DNA from: an uncultured Clostridia bacterium
GTDB lineage: Bacteria > Bacillota > Clostridia > TANB77 > CAG-508
Length of the DNA: 64,000 nucleotides
Direction of reading: 5' to 3'
NCBI GenBank assembly: GCA_944389745.1
Contig: CALXNM010000003.1
Location: 1,464 to 65,463, forward strand
This document shows positions 49,567-58,917 of this stretch, one piece after another. Made by a program: the position numbers and the translations under genes. Positions within the stretch are counted from its first letter, which is position 1. Every line of letters begins with the position of its first letter. The notes under the pieces are model-generated. The model was not told where the DNA came from and did no database searches. It saw only the letters and a list, made by a program, of their open reading frames with translations.

Positions 49567-50445
49567 TTGCCAAAAGGAATTGTATTAAGTAATATATCAA
49601 ATTTATATAAAGTAGAAGTAAATAATAAAATATATGATTGTAATGCAAGAGGGATATTTAAGAATAATGAAATAAGTCCAGTTTCAGGGGATTTAGTAGA
49701 TATAGAAATAACAGATGAAGAAAAAATGGCTGGAGTAATAATTGAAATAGAAGAAAGGAAAAATTATTTAAAAAGACCTAAAATGGCAAATCTTTCCCAG
49801 ATTATATTTGTAGTATCAATGAAGCTTCCAAAACCAGATATGGAGCTTTTGGACAAACAATTAGCATATGCGGAGTTTATGAAAATAAAACCAATAATAT
49901 GTTTAAATAAAATTGATTTAGAAAAAGAAGAAAAAGTAAACCACATTTATGAGATATATACTCAAATAGGATATACTGTAATAAAAACAAATGCAAAAGA
50001 CAGTACAGGAGTATCAGAATTAAAAAAATACTTGAATAACAATATAACCGCCTTTTCTGGAAATTCAGGAGTAGGAAAATCTAGTTTAATAAATGCCTTA
50101 TTAAAAGAAAATATTACAGAAGAAGGATTGATAAGTGCAAAAAATAAAAGAGGAAAAAATACTACAACACAAGTAAAACTATATAAAATTAATGATAATT
50201 CATATATAGCAGACACACCAGGATTTTCTACCTTTGATATTAACGAAATAGATAAAAAGGAGTTAGCAAGATATTTTAAAGAATTTAATCAATATATAGA
50301 TGAATGTGAATATGGAGATTGTAGCCATATAAAAGAAGAAAAGTGTGGAGTAAAAAAAGCATTAGAAGAAAATAAAATTTCTAAAGAAAGATATGATAGA
50401 TATTGTAAAATATACGAAAAAATGAAAAGCCAAAAAGATTATTAA
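49567..50445 (+). CDS. rsgA: Ribosome small-subunit-dependent GTPase A
   Basis: GNSGVGKSSLINAL, Zn motif CEYGDCSHIKEEKC. TTG start after GGAGG. Confidence 0.9.
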   Translation: MPKGIVLSNISNLYKVEVNNKIYDCNARGIFKNNEISPVSGDLVDIEITDEEKMAGVIIEIEERKNYLKRPKMANLSQIIFVVSMKLPKPDMELLDKQLAYAEFMKIKPIICLNKIDLEKEEKVNHIYEIYTQIGYTVIKTNAKDSTGVSELKKYLNNNITAFSGNSGVGKSSLINALLKENITEEGLISAKNKRGKNTTTQVKLYKINDNSYIADTPGFSTFDINEIDKKELARYFKEFNQYIDECEYGDCSHIKEEKCGVKKALEENKISKERYDRYCKIYEKMKSQKDY

Positions 50446-50480
50446 AACGCTTTATAATTTATTGAAAAGGAGAAGAGTAA

Positions 50481-51134
50481 ATGGAAGTTGCAACATCGGT
50501 ATTAAATGTAGAAAAAGAAAATTGTATAAAAACATTTTATAACATAGAAACAGCAGGAACAGACTATTTCCATATTGATGTAATGGATGGGAAATTTGTT
50601 GAGAATAATACAGTAACACAAATGATTGAATATTGTGAATATTTAAATAGCATAACTAGAGTGCCTTTAGATGTACATTTAATGGTAGAAGATGCAATGT
50701 CATATATAAAAAGCTTTTTAATATTTGAACCAAGGAATATTACTGTTCATTATGAAGCTGCAAAAAATAAAGAAGAATTACAGGAATGGATAAAATACAT
50801 AAAGGACAATAATTGTAAAGTAGGAATAAGTATAAAACCTGAAACAAAAGTAGAAGAAATATATGACTTGTTACCATATATACATACTGTTTTAATTATG
50901 ACCGTAGAGCCTGGAAAAGGAGGCCAAAAACTAATAGAAAGTACTTTGGATAAAATAAAAGAATTAAAGAAATATATAGATGATAATGATATTGAAGTAG
51001 ACATAGAAGCTGATGGAGGAATAAATTTAGACAATATAGAAAAAGTAAGAGAAGCGGGCTCAAATATTGTAGTTGCAGGTACTTGCATTATAAAATCAGA
51101 AAACATGAAAGAAACTATTGAAAAACTAAAATGA
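50481..51134 (+). CDS. rpe: Ribulose-phosphate 3-epimerase (divergent)
   Basis: HIDVMDGKFV, LDVHLMV, MTVEPGKGGQ, ADGGIN. Confidence 0.85.
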   Translation: MEVATSVLNVEKENCIKTFYNIETAGTDYFHIDVMDGKFVENNTVTQMIEYCEYLNSITRVPLDVHLMVEDAMSYIKSFLIFEPRNITVHYEAAKNKEELQEWIKYIKDNNCKVGISIKPETKVEEIYDLLPYIHTVLIMTVEPGKGGQKLIESTLDKIKELKKYIDDNDIEVDIEADGGINLDNIEKVREAGSNIVVAGTCIIKSENMKETIEKLK

Positions 51135-51159
51135 ATATGATAATATACAAGCATACTTA

Positions 51160-51219
51160 GTAGATTAAAAAAAAACCGATTTTGGCGATTATTTTTTTAA
51201 TCTATTTTTTTTGTTTTTT
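51160..51219 (+). terminator. Terminator hairpin between rpe and pyrG (possible pyrG leader attenuator)
   Basis: Stem tagattaaaaaaa/tttttttaatcta followed by a long T-run. It lies downstream of a TTGAAA-16-TGaTAATAT promoter at 51118-51145. Confidence 0.6.
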
Positions 51220-51239
51220 TGGAAAGGATGGTTAAATAA

Positions 51240-52850
51240 ATGAAAACAAAGTACATTTTTGTTACAGGAGGAGTTGTATCAGGATTAGGAAAGGGTATAA
51301 CTGCAGCATCATTAGGAAGGCTATTAAAGAATAGAGGGTATAAAATTGTTAATCAAAAATTTGATCCATACTTAAATATAGACCCAGGAACAATGAGTCC
51401 ATATGAGCATGGAGAGGTTTTTGTTACTGATGATGGCGCTGAAACAGATTTAGATTTAGGACATTATGAAAGATTTACAGATGTAAGCTTAACCAAAAAT
51501 TCAAGTATTACAATGGGAAAAATTTATCAAGAAGTACTTGAGAGAGAAAGAAGAGGAGATTATTTGGGTAAAACTGTACAAGTAATACCTCATGTAACAA
51601 ATGCTATAAAAGAAAAGATATATTCATTTGAGAAAAAAGATGTTGATGTGGTTATAACTGAAATAGGTGGTACTGTAGGAGATATAGAAGGATTATCAAT
51701 GCTTGAAGCAATAAGACAAGTTGGTATAGAAAATAATCCAGAAGATGTGTTATATATTCATGTTACATTATTACCATATATTTCTGGTTCAAACGAATTA
51801 AAGTCAAAACCAACACAACATTCAGTAAAAGAGCTACAATCTTTAGGAATCAAACCGGATATTTTAGTATGTAGAACAGAAGTTGAAATTCCTGATAATT
51901 TAAGAGATAAAATAGCTTTGTTTTGCAACGTAAGGAAAGAGAGTGTTATTGCTAACAAAACAGCAAGTTGCCTATATGAAGTACCACTTATGCTAGAAGA
52001 TGAAGGACTTGCAAGAGAAGTATGTAAGCACTTACATTTAGAAAATGTTGAACCTAATAATAAAAATTGGGAAGAACTAAATGAAAAAATTAAAAATTTA
52101 TCAGATAAAGAAGTAACTATAGGAATTGTAGGAAAATACATTAAATTAGAAGATTCATATTTGTCTGTAATAGAAAGTTTGCATCATGCTGGATATGAAA
52201 ATAATGTTAAAGTGAATGCTAAACTAATAGATGCAGAAAAAATTACTAAAGATAATGCCAAAGAAGTACTTAAAGAATGTGATGGAATGATAGTTCCAGG
52301 TGGTTTTGGAAATAGAGGAATAGAAGGAAAAATACAAGCTATTAAGTTTGCAAGAGAAAATAAGATACCTTTCCTTGGAATTTGTTTAGGTATGCAAATG
52401 GCAGTAGTAGAATTTGCAAGAGATGTATTAAATCTTAAAGATGCAAATTCTGAAGAATTTGATGAAGTTTGTGAGAATCCAGTTATACACATAATGTATG
52501 ACCAAAAGGATGTAACTAAAAAAGGTGGAACAATGAGACTGGGAACTTATCCTTGTATTTTAGCAAAAGGTTCTTTGGCAGAAAAAGTATATAATACTCA
52601 TGAAATTACAGAAAGACATAGACATAGATTTGAATTTAATAATAAGTATAGAGAGGAGATGGAAGCAAAAGGGCTAAAAATATCTGGAACATCTCCAAAT
52701 GGGGAGTTAGTTGAAATAGTAGAATTAAAGGATCATCCATATTTCATAGCTGGTCAATTCCATCCTGAATTTAAATCAAGACCAGATAAACCAGCACCTT
52801 TATTTGTAGAGTTAGTAAAAGCGGCCAAAAAACAAAAAAATAAAAATTAG
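51240..52850 (+). CDS. pyrG: CTP synthase
   Basis: [31 protein letters not shown]. Confidence 0.97.
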   Translation: MKTKYIFVTGGVVSGLGKGITAASLGRLLKNRGYKIVNQKFDPYLNIDPGTMSPYEHGEVFVTDDGAETDLDLGHYERFTDVSLTKNSSITMGKIYQEVLERERRGDYLGKTVQVIPHVTNAIKEKIYSFEKKDVDVVITEIGGTVGDIEGLSMLEAIRQVGIENNPEDVLYIHVTLLPYISGSNELKSKPTQHSVKELQSLGIKPDILVCRTEVEIPDNLRDKIALFCNVRKESVIANKTASCLYEVPLMLEDEGLAREVCKHLHLENVEPNNKNWEELNEKIKNLSDKEVTIGIVGKYIKLEDSYLSVIESLHHAGYENNVKVNAKLIDAEKITKDNAKEVLKECDGMIVPGGFGNRGIEGKIQAIKFARENKIPFLGICLGMQMAVVEFARDVLNLKDANSEEFDEVCENPVIHIMYDQKDVTKKGGTMRLGTYPCILAKGSLAEKVYNTHEITERHRHRFEFNNKYREEMEAKGLKISGTSPNGELVEIVELKDHPYFIAGQFHPEFKSRPDKPAPLFVELVKAAKKQKNKN

Positions 52851-52972
52851 TAAGAAGCAAACAAAAAAATAAAAGTACTATAAGTTGAAATTTAAAACTT
52901 TCTTTATAGTACTTTTTATTGTGTATAGAACATATGGCTTCAAGCATATTAATATGTTCTAAGTTTATAAAA

Positions 52973-54124
52973 TTATTTATTATCATCTACTGTATATAAT
53001 GTCTTTCTTTTATAGAAATTCATACCTAACATACCTAAACCAACTAATGAAGTTAATATATTAATAACTCCTCCTAATACAGGAATGAATTTTAATAAAG
53101 AAACTATTAATACAACTAAAAGTGAAAATAGTACAAATGGTGTATTTTTAGTAAGGTTTAGTTTGTCTGTAATAAGTTTTGCAATTCCCATTGCAAATAT
53201 AGTACCAGATATTGCATAAGCTAAAATTAATAAACCAAGTAAACAAACTGCCACAGTGCTTCCAAGACTGAAAGTAAATAGTAATAAGAATATAGAAGCT
53301 ACAATTACAGCTAGAGCTATTAAAAGACCTATTAAAAAGCATTTGATAGAATGATTCTTAACCATGGTGCTTAATCTATTTTTAAAATCAGGTGAAATCC
53401 ATATACATAACATAATTATAACAAATGATAAAACAAGTCCTGTAACAATACTAGAAAATGCAGATGCAATTACATCCTTGGTACTTCTTTGGGTTTCAAC
53501 AGCAGTATACTTTGTCTCTCCACTAATAACTCCATCAGGAATATCTAATTCAGTGTCAGACCAATAGTTAAAGTTTCCACCAACTATTGCTTCTGTTGTT
53601 TCTTCTGCAAAATTCAAATTAGAAGTATTAATATTTACGTCTCTTCCAATTTTTCCATTAAGAGTAGCATTTGGAGCAATTATGTTTAAGTTTCTAGCAA
53701 TTCTACCTGTACTTTCTAATGTAAAGTTACTAGAAAGTGCATATATATCAGATACAACACCCGCAACATCTATAGTAGGTGCTAAGGCAAATACATTACC
53801 ATAAATCATAGCATTTTCAGAAATTCTTAATGAATTTGCTATAACCAATACATCACCTTGAATCTCTCCAGTAATGTTAACGTTTTGTCCGTAAATAGCA
53901 ACATTACCATCAACGTTATCAGATAATTCTACGTTTACATTATATAAAAATAAATCTGATGAAATATATGTATTGTCTGAATCTGTTGTGGTAGGTACGC
54001 TGTCTTCTTCAACTGTTCTAGGCTCTATAACCAAATTGTTACTTGCAAAAACAGTGCTAAAAGATAAAATAAAAAGTATTAGTAAAAGACAAAAAATAGT
54101 CTTTTTAAAAAAATTAGTTTTCAA
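52973..54124 (-). CDS. Membrane protein with a secreted beta-helix (bactofilin/polymer-forming-like) repeat domain and a C-terminal polytopic region
   Basis: Signal peptide. Repeated xGxVxIxGxxVxIxG-type segments. Four or five C-terminal TM helices. TTG start after AAGGAGGG, and its own TTGACA-17-TATTAT promoter. Confidence 0.7.
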   Translation of the reverse strand: MKTNFFKKTIFCLLLILFILSFSTVFASNNLVIEPRTVEEDSVPTTTDSDNTYISSDLFLYNVNVELSDNVDGNVAIYGQNVNITGEIQGDVLVIANSLRISENAMIYGNVFALAPTIDVAGVVSDIYALSSNFTLESTGRIARNLNIIAPNATLNGKIGRDVNINTSNLNFAEETTEAIVGGNFNYWSDTELDIPDGVISGETKYTAVETQRSTKDVIASAFSSIVTGLVLSFVIIMLCIWISPDFKNRLSTMVKNHSIKCFLIGLLIALAVIVASIFLLLFTFSLGSTVAVCLLGLLILAYAISGTIFAMGIAKLITDKLNLTKNTPFVLFSLLVVLIVSLLKFIPVLGGVINILTSLVGLGMLGMNFYKRKTLYTVDDNK

Positions 54125-54183
54125 AAAAATCCCTCCTTAAAACATAAAAATATAATATAATTTAATACAAAATTTGTCAATAA

Positions 54184-54309
54184 CTATTTAGGTGAAAAAT
54201 ATATACATTCTTTGTTTTTTGAAGATACCTTTTGAGATTTAATATTTTCTAAATTACATTTTCCGTCTATTTGATATTTGCAATCGCAAGAACAATTGAT
54301 ATTAGTCAA
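54184..54309 (-). CDS. Unlisted small Cys-rich ORF (41 aa; DUF1540-like pattern)
   Basis: TTG start 6 nt after GGGGTGG. MTNINCSCDCKYQIDGKCNLENIKSQKVSSKNKECIYFSPK. Below the ORF-track size cut-off. Confidence 0.35.
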   Translation of the reverse strand: MTNINCSCDCKYQIDGKCNLENIKSQKVSSKNKECIYFSPK

Positions 54310-54381
54310 AATAAAACCACCCCATAATTTATATTATGGAGTGATAAAAAATAAATATGCAAAAATAATATTAAAAATTTA

Positions 54382-55017
54382 TTATTTAGAATTTTTATAG
54401 TATTTGCAATATGAATTTATAGGACATTCTTGGCATTTTGGAGACCTAGCAGTACAAGTAGCTCTTCCATGGTAAATAAGAATGTGATTAACATCTTTTA
54501 AATATTCATAAGGAAATAGCTTTAATAAATCTTGTTCAATCTTTTCAGGTGTATCTTTATCAGAAAAACCAATTCTATTAGATAATCTCTTAGCATGAGT
54601 ATCAACAGCAATGCCTTGAGGTTTTCCAAAAGCCTCTAGCATTACAACATTTGCAGTTTTTCTTCCAACACCAGGAAGAGAAAGTAAATCTTCCATATTA
54701 TCAGGCACTTTTCCATTAAATTCATTTACAATTTTTTCAGCGGTAAGCTTTATATTTTTTGCTTTATTTTTATAAAATCCACAAGGATGTATAAGTCCTT
54801 CTAAAGTTTCTAAAGGCATTTTTACAAAATCTTCAGGAGTAGAGTATTTACAAAAAATACTAGGCGTTGTTTTATTAACTCTATCATCAGTACATTGTGC
54901 AGATAGAATTACTGCGACAAGCATTTCAAACGGTGAGGTAAAATCCAAACTACATTTAGCATCTGGATAAGTTTCTTTTAAAATATTTAAAATTTTTATT
55001 GATTCTTCTTTTTTCAT
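54382..55017 (-). CDS. nth: Endonuclease III
   Basis: HhH-GPD LPGVGRKTAN, VDTH, 4Fe-4S CTARSPKCQECPINSYC. Confidence 0.93.
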   Translation of the reverse strand: MKKEESIKILNILKETYPDAKCSLDFTSPFEMLVAVILSAQCTDDRVNKTTPSIFCKYSTPEDFVKMPLETLEGLIHPCGFYKNKAKNIKLTAEKIVNEFNGKVPDNMEDLLSLPGVGRKTANVVMLEAFGKPQGIAVDTHAKRLSNRIGFSDKDTPEKIEQDLLKLFPYEYLKDVNHILIYHGRATCTARSPKCQECPINSYCKYYKNSK

Positions 55018-55194
55018 AATTATTTTCTCCAATATCTATTAAATTTACTCTATTAAAACATAAAATGATAATTTTTACAAGATAAAACATATTATGTAAG
55101 TCTTTTGATTTCAAATATTAGCTTTAAATAACATAAAGTGGTAACAAATTAAAAAAGAAAATAATATAATATACCAATGATAGGAGGTAATAAA

Positions 55195-55344
55195 ATGTTA
55201 AGAGTATTAAAGAAAACAATTGCGGTTTGTTTAATTGGATTAGGATTAGGAATGCTTCTTGTATTATTACTTCCTACAGCAGGATGGCTATTTGTGATTG
55301 GAATAGTTATTGTTGCAGTCGGTATTATGTGGCTTTGTTGTTAA
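55195..55344 (+). CDS. Unlisted small membrane protein (49 aa)
   Basis: taggaggtaataaaATG. Two hydrophobic helices, ends in CC. Confidence 0.45.
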   Translation: MLRVLKKTIAVCLIGLGLGMLLVLLLPTAGWLFVIGIVIVAVGIMWLCC

Positions 55345-55376
55345 AGAAGAATATATGCTAAGGAGGGAATTGATAT

Positions 55377-55457
55377 ATGACTATTATTGTAAAAAAAGTA
55401 CCCAAATTCTTAAGAGGATTTGTAAAATTGATATTTGGAATAAAAGATAATACATAA
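55377..55457 (+). CDS. Unlisted mini-ORF (26 aa, basic/amphipathic)
   Basis: aaggagggaattgatatATG. MTIIVKKVPKFLRGFVKLIFGIKDNT. Followed by a long terminator hairpin. Confidence 0.35.
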   Translation: MTIIVKKVPKFLRGFVKLIFGIKDNT

Positions 55458-55661
55458 GGATAAAATATGAAAGAATTCTATATGAAAATAATGATAACAA
55501 TTCATCATTAAAATTATCTAAATAAAAGATAATATTTTCATATATAGAATTCTTTTTAAAGTTAGCAAAAGCATACGAAAGTATTGATTTTTAACTAATA
55601 ATGTAATATAATTCACTATATCTAAAATTATGAGAAAACAAAAAAGAATAGGGGAATATGA

Positions 55662-57416
55662 ATGAAGGCTATTGAAATTAGAAATAAATACTTAAAATTT
55701 TTTGAAAAACATGGACATAAAATAATACCAAGTGCACCTTTAATACCAGAAAATGATCCATCAGTTTTATTTACAACAGCAGGTATGCAACCATTAGTTC
55801 CATATTTATTAGGAGAAAAACATCCAGAGGGAAAACGTCTTACAGATTATCAAAAATGTTTAAGGACTAATGATATAGATGAAGTTGGAGATAATAGACA
55901 TTTAACATATTTTGAAATGCTTGGAAATTGGTCTTTAGGAGACTATTTTAAAGAAGAATCTGTAGCAATGAGCTTCGAATTCTTAACAAAAGAGCTAGAA
56001 ATACCTGTAGAGAAATTATCAGTAACTTGTTTTGCTGGAGATGATGATGCACCAAGAGATGAAGTTACTGCACAATGTTGGAAAAAAGCAGGTATACCAG
56101 AAGATAGAATTTACTATTACGGAAAAGATGATAACTGGTGGATAGCAGGAGAAGAAGGGCCATGTGGACCTGATACAGAAATGTTTTATGATACAGGAAA
56201 AGAGCCATGCGGACCTGACTGCCAGCCATCTTGTGATTGTGGTAAATATGTTGAAATATGGAACAATGTATTTATGGAATATTATAAAACTAAGGATGGA
56301 AAATATGAAAAATTAAAACAACATAATGTTGATACTGGACTTGGTTTAGAGAGAATGACAATGTTATTACAAGGAAAAGAAACACCATTTGATACAGAAC
56401 TTTTTGAACCAATCATGAGTAAATTAAAAGAAATTGCTAAAAACGATAATATAGAAAGTAGAAGAATAGTTGCAGAACATTTACGTGCAAGTATGATGGT
56501 AATAGCAGATGGAGGAAGACCATCTAATATAGATAGAGGATATGTATTAAGAAAATTAATAAGAAGAATGTCAAGACATTTAAACAAATTACAAATTGAT
56601 TTAAATGAATTAGAAAACCTTATTGATTTAAATATTGATATATTAAAAGACATGTATCCAGAACTTGAAAAAAATAGAGATGTTATTAAGAAAGTAATAA
56701 TAGAAGAAAAAAATAAATTCATAAAAACATTAGCACATGGTGAAAAGGAATTTGAAAAAGCAATAAATAGAGCAAAAGCAGAGAATAAAAATGTAATAGA
56801 TGGACAAACTATATTTAAACTATATGAAACATATGGATTTCCACCAGAAATTACAGCAGACTTAGCAAAAGAGCAAGGATTTAAAATAGATAATTCAGAA
56901 TTTGACAAATTATTTAAAGAACATCAAGAAAAATCAAGAATGGGTAGTGAACAAAAATTTAAAGGTGGACTAGCAGAACAAAACGAAAAAACAATTGCTT
57001 ATCATACAGCTACACATTTACTTCATAAGGCTTTACAAATTGTTTTAGGAGAGCATGCTAAACAGAGAGGATCAAATATAACAACTGAAAGATTAAGATT
57101 TGACTTTTCTCATCCGGAAAAAATGACGAAAGAACAACTTAAACAAGTAGAAGATATAGTAAATGAACAAATAAAAAGAGATTTACCAGTTACTTGTGAA
57201 GAAATGACATTAGAAGAAGCAAAAAAATCTGGAGCCATGGGATTATTTGAAAACAAATACGGAGAAAAAGTAAAAGTATATACAATAGGAGACTTTAGCA
57301 AAGAAATATGTGGAGGACCTCATGTTACTCATACTGGAGAATTAGGACATTTTAAAATAAAGAAAGAAGAGTCTAGTTCAGCAGGTGTAAGAAGAATTAA
57401 AGCTATTTTAGAATAA
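55662..57416 (+). CDS. alaS: Alanine--tRNA ligase, compact form (aminoacylation, tRNA-recognition and editing domains; no beta-barrel or C-Ala)
   Basis: FTTAGMQP, QKCLRTNDIDEVG, GPCGPDTE, VEIWNNVFM, DTGLGLERM. Editing motifs HTATHLLH and CGGPHV. Ends ...SAGVRRIKAILE. Confidence 0.8.
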   Translation: MKAIEIRNKYLKFFEKHGHKIIPSAPLIPENDPSVLFTTAGMQPLVPYLLGEKHPEGKRLTDYQKCLRTNDIDEVGDNRHLTYFEMLGNWSLGDYFKEESVAMSFEFLTKELEIPVEKLSVTCFAGDDDAPRDEVTAQCWKKAGIPEDRIYYYGKDDNWWIAGEEGPCGPDTEMFYDTGKEPCGPDCQPSCDCGKYVEIWNNVFMEYYKTKDGKYEKLKQHNVDTGLGLERMTMLLQGKETPFDTELFEPIMSKLKEIAKNDNIESRRIVAEHLRASMMVIADGGRPSNIDRGYVLRKLIRRMSRHLNKLQIDLNELENLIDLNIDILKDMYPELEKNRDVIKKVIIEEKNKFIKTLAHGEKEFEKAINRAKAENKNVIDGQTIFKLYETYGFPPEITADLAKEQGFKIDNSEFDKLFKEHQEKSRMGSEQKFKGGLAEQNEKTIAYHTATHLLHKALQIVLGEHAKQRGSNITTERLRFDFSHPEKMTKEQLKQVEDIVNEQIKRDLPVTCEEMTLEEAKKSGAMGLFENKYGEKVKVYTIGDFSKEICGGPHVTHTGELGHFKIKKEESSSAGVRRIKAILE

Positions 57417-57440
57417 ATAAAAAGAGAAGAGGTAATATAT

Positions 57441-57788
57441 ATGGAAAATTGTATTTTTTGTAAAATAATAAATAAAGAAATACCATCTACAATTGTATAT
57501 GAAGATGATAAAGTTATTGCCTTTAATGATGTAAATCCAGCAGCTCCAATTCATATACTAGTAGTACCAAAAAAACATATAGAAAAAGTACTAGATGTAA
57601 AAGATGACGAAATGGATTTAATAGCCCACATTTATAAAGTAATAAATAAAATAGCAAGTGATCAAGGATTTGCAGAAAAAGGCTTTAGAGTTATAACAAA
57701 TTGTGGAAAAGACTCTGGACAAGAAGTAATGCATTTACATTTTCATATTTTAGGAGGAAAAACATTAGGGCCCAAGATTGTAGGATAA
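57441..57788 (+). CDS. HIT-family (Hint-like) nucleotide hydrolase
   Basis: CIFCKI..., HLHFHILGG. Confidence 0.9.
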   Translation: MENCIFCKIINKEIPSTIVYEDDKVIAFNDVNPAAPIHILVVPKKHIEKVLDVKDDEMDLIAHIYKVINKIASDQGFAEKGFRVITNCGKDSGQEVMHLHFHILGGKTLGPKIVG

Positions 57789-57893
57789 AAATAAGTTAAC
57801 GAAATTAACATAAAAAGACAAAAGAGTAGAAAATCTGCAAAAAATGTGATATAATATATTATATGTAGATAAAGTAACAAGGGAGGAAAAAAT

Positions 57894-58589
57894 ATGGTTA
57901 AAAATCGATATAGCAAATCTTTAACTATAATATTAGTAATAGTTATAATTGCAATTGTAGGCCTACTTATATACTTTGGAATAGATGTTTATAGAAAATA
58001 CTATATAGAAAGAGCAGCAGGAGATGCTGTAAAAGAATTTGAAGACCAAATGAACCAAATAGCATCATTACCTCAAGGAAATGCATTAGACTTAAATGGA
58101 CTATCAGATTCAATAGATGTGAATGGATTAGGACAAGATGGTAGCACAACACAGGCATCAAATGAAGGAACTGGAGTAAAATATATGGGATATGATGTTA
58201 TAGGTACAATAGAAATACCTGCAACAGATGTAAAATATCCAATAGTAGCAGATTATGAAATGAGTATAAATGCAATGAATGTTGCGATTGTAAAAATGTA
58301 TCCAGGAACCATAGATTTAAACGAACCAGGAAATACAGTATTAGTTGGACATAACTATAGAAATGGAACATTCTTCTCAAATAATAAAAGACTAGAAAAT
58401 GGAGACAAAATATACATAACAGATAATACAGGAAGAAAAATTACATATGAAATATATAAGAAATATGAAACAAGTACTAGTGATTCAGAATACATGACAA
58501 GAGATACAAATGGAAAAAGAGAACTATCATTATCGACTTGTACAGATGATACAAGAAAGAGATTAATTATATGGGCAAGAGAAGTATAA
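57894..58589 (+). CDS. Sortase-family transpeptidase
   Basis: N-terminal TM. Catalytic His (LVGHNY), LSLSTC Cys motif, conserved Arg (RLIIWARE). Confidence 0.85.
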   Translation: MVKNRYSKSLTIILVIVIIAIVGLLIYFGIDVYRKYYIERAAGDAVKEFEDQMNQIASLPQGNALDLNGLSDSIDVNGLGQDGSTTQASNEGTGVKYMGYDVIGTIEIPATDVKYPIVADYEMSINAMNVAIVKMYPGTIDLNEPGNTVLVGHNYRNGTFFSNNKRLENGDKIYITDNTGRKITYEIYKKYETSTSDSEYMTRDTNGKRELSLSTCTDDTRKRLIIWAREV

Positions 58590-58604
58590 TAATTAAAAAA
58601 ATAG

Positions 58605-58633
58605 TTGACAAAATTTAAATGATGGGGTAAAAT
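58605..58633 (+). promoter_or_regulatory. SigA promoter of the tRNA pair
   Basis: TTGACA, 17 nt, TAAAAT. Confidence 0.65.
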
Positions 58634-58653
58634 AATATATGTGTCTAGAAGAT

Positions 58654-58731
58654 GGTGGATGTAGCGTAGTTGGTTAACGCGTCAGTTTGTGGCACTGAAG
58701 ACCGTGGGTTCGAGTCCCATCTTCCACCCCA
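58654..58731 (+). tRNA. tRNA-His (GUG) with encoded G-1 and CCA
   Basis: Hand-folded cloverleaf. Anticodon loop TTGTGGC, T arm GTGGG/CCCAT, G-1:C73 pair, one T:T mismatch in the acceptor stem. Confidence 0.85.
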
Positions 58732-58741
58732 TCTAATATAT

Positions 58742-58816
58742 TGGGCTGTGGCCAAGCGGTAAGGCACCAGACTTTGACTCTGGCATGCGCTAGTTCGAAT
58801 CTAGCCAGCCCAACCA
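58742..58816 (+). tRNA. tRNA-Gln (UUG) with encoded CCA
   Basis: Acceptor TGGGCTG/CAGCCCA, anticodon stem CCAGA/TCTGG with loop CTTTGAC, T arm GCTAG-TTCGAAT-CTAGC. Confidence 0.88.
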
Positions 58817-58825
58817 CTAATACCA

Positions 58826-58858
58826 AGACTTTCAAGGATTTGAAGGTCTTATTTTTTT
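58826..58858 (+). terminator. Terminator of the tRNA operon
   Basis: aagactttcaa/ttgaaggtctt followed by a T-run. Confidence 0.75.
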
Positions 58859-58861
58859 GCT

Positions 58862-58898
58862 CGAAAAAAGACGAGAGCTCCCACGAGGGAAGCTCTCG
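58862..58898 (-). terminator. GC-rich intrinsic terminator of the island-2 gene
   Basis: Minus strand cgagagcttccc-tcgt-gggagctctcg followed by tctttttt. Confidence 0.75.
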
Positions 58899-58917
58899 AA
58901 TAGAGTGCTATTGAGAA

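Noticed and set aside
55469-55513. 14-codon ORF (MKEFYMKIMITIHH) inside the 5' arm of the long hairpin, considered as a leader peptide for alaS.
   Set aside because: It contains no Ala codons and the alaS promoter lies downstream of it. The hairpin is more simply the terminator of the mini-ORF transcript.
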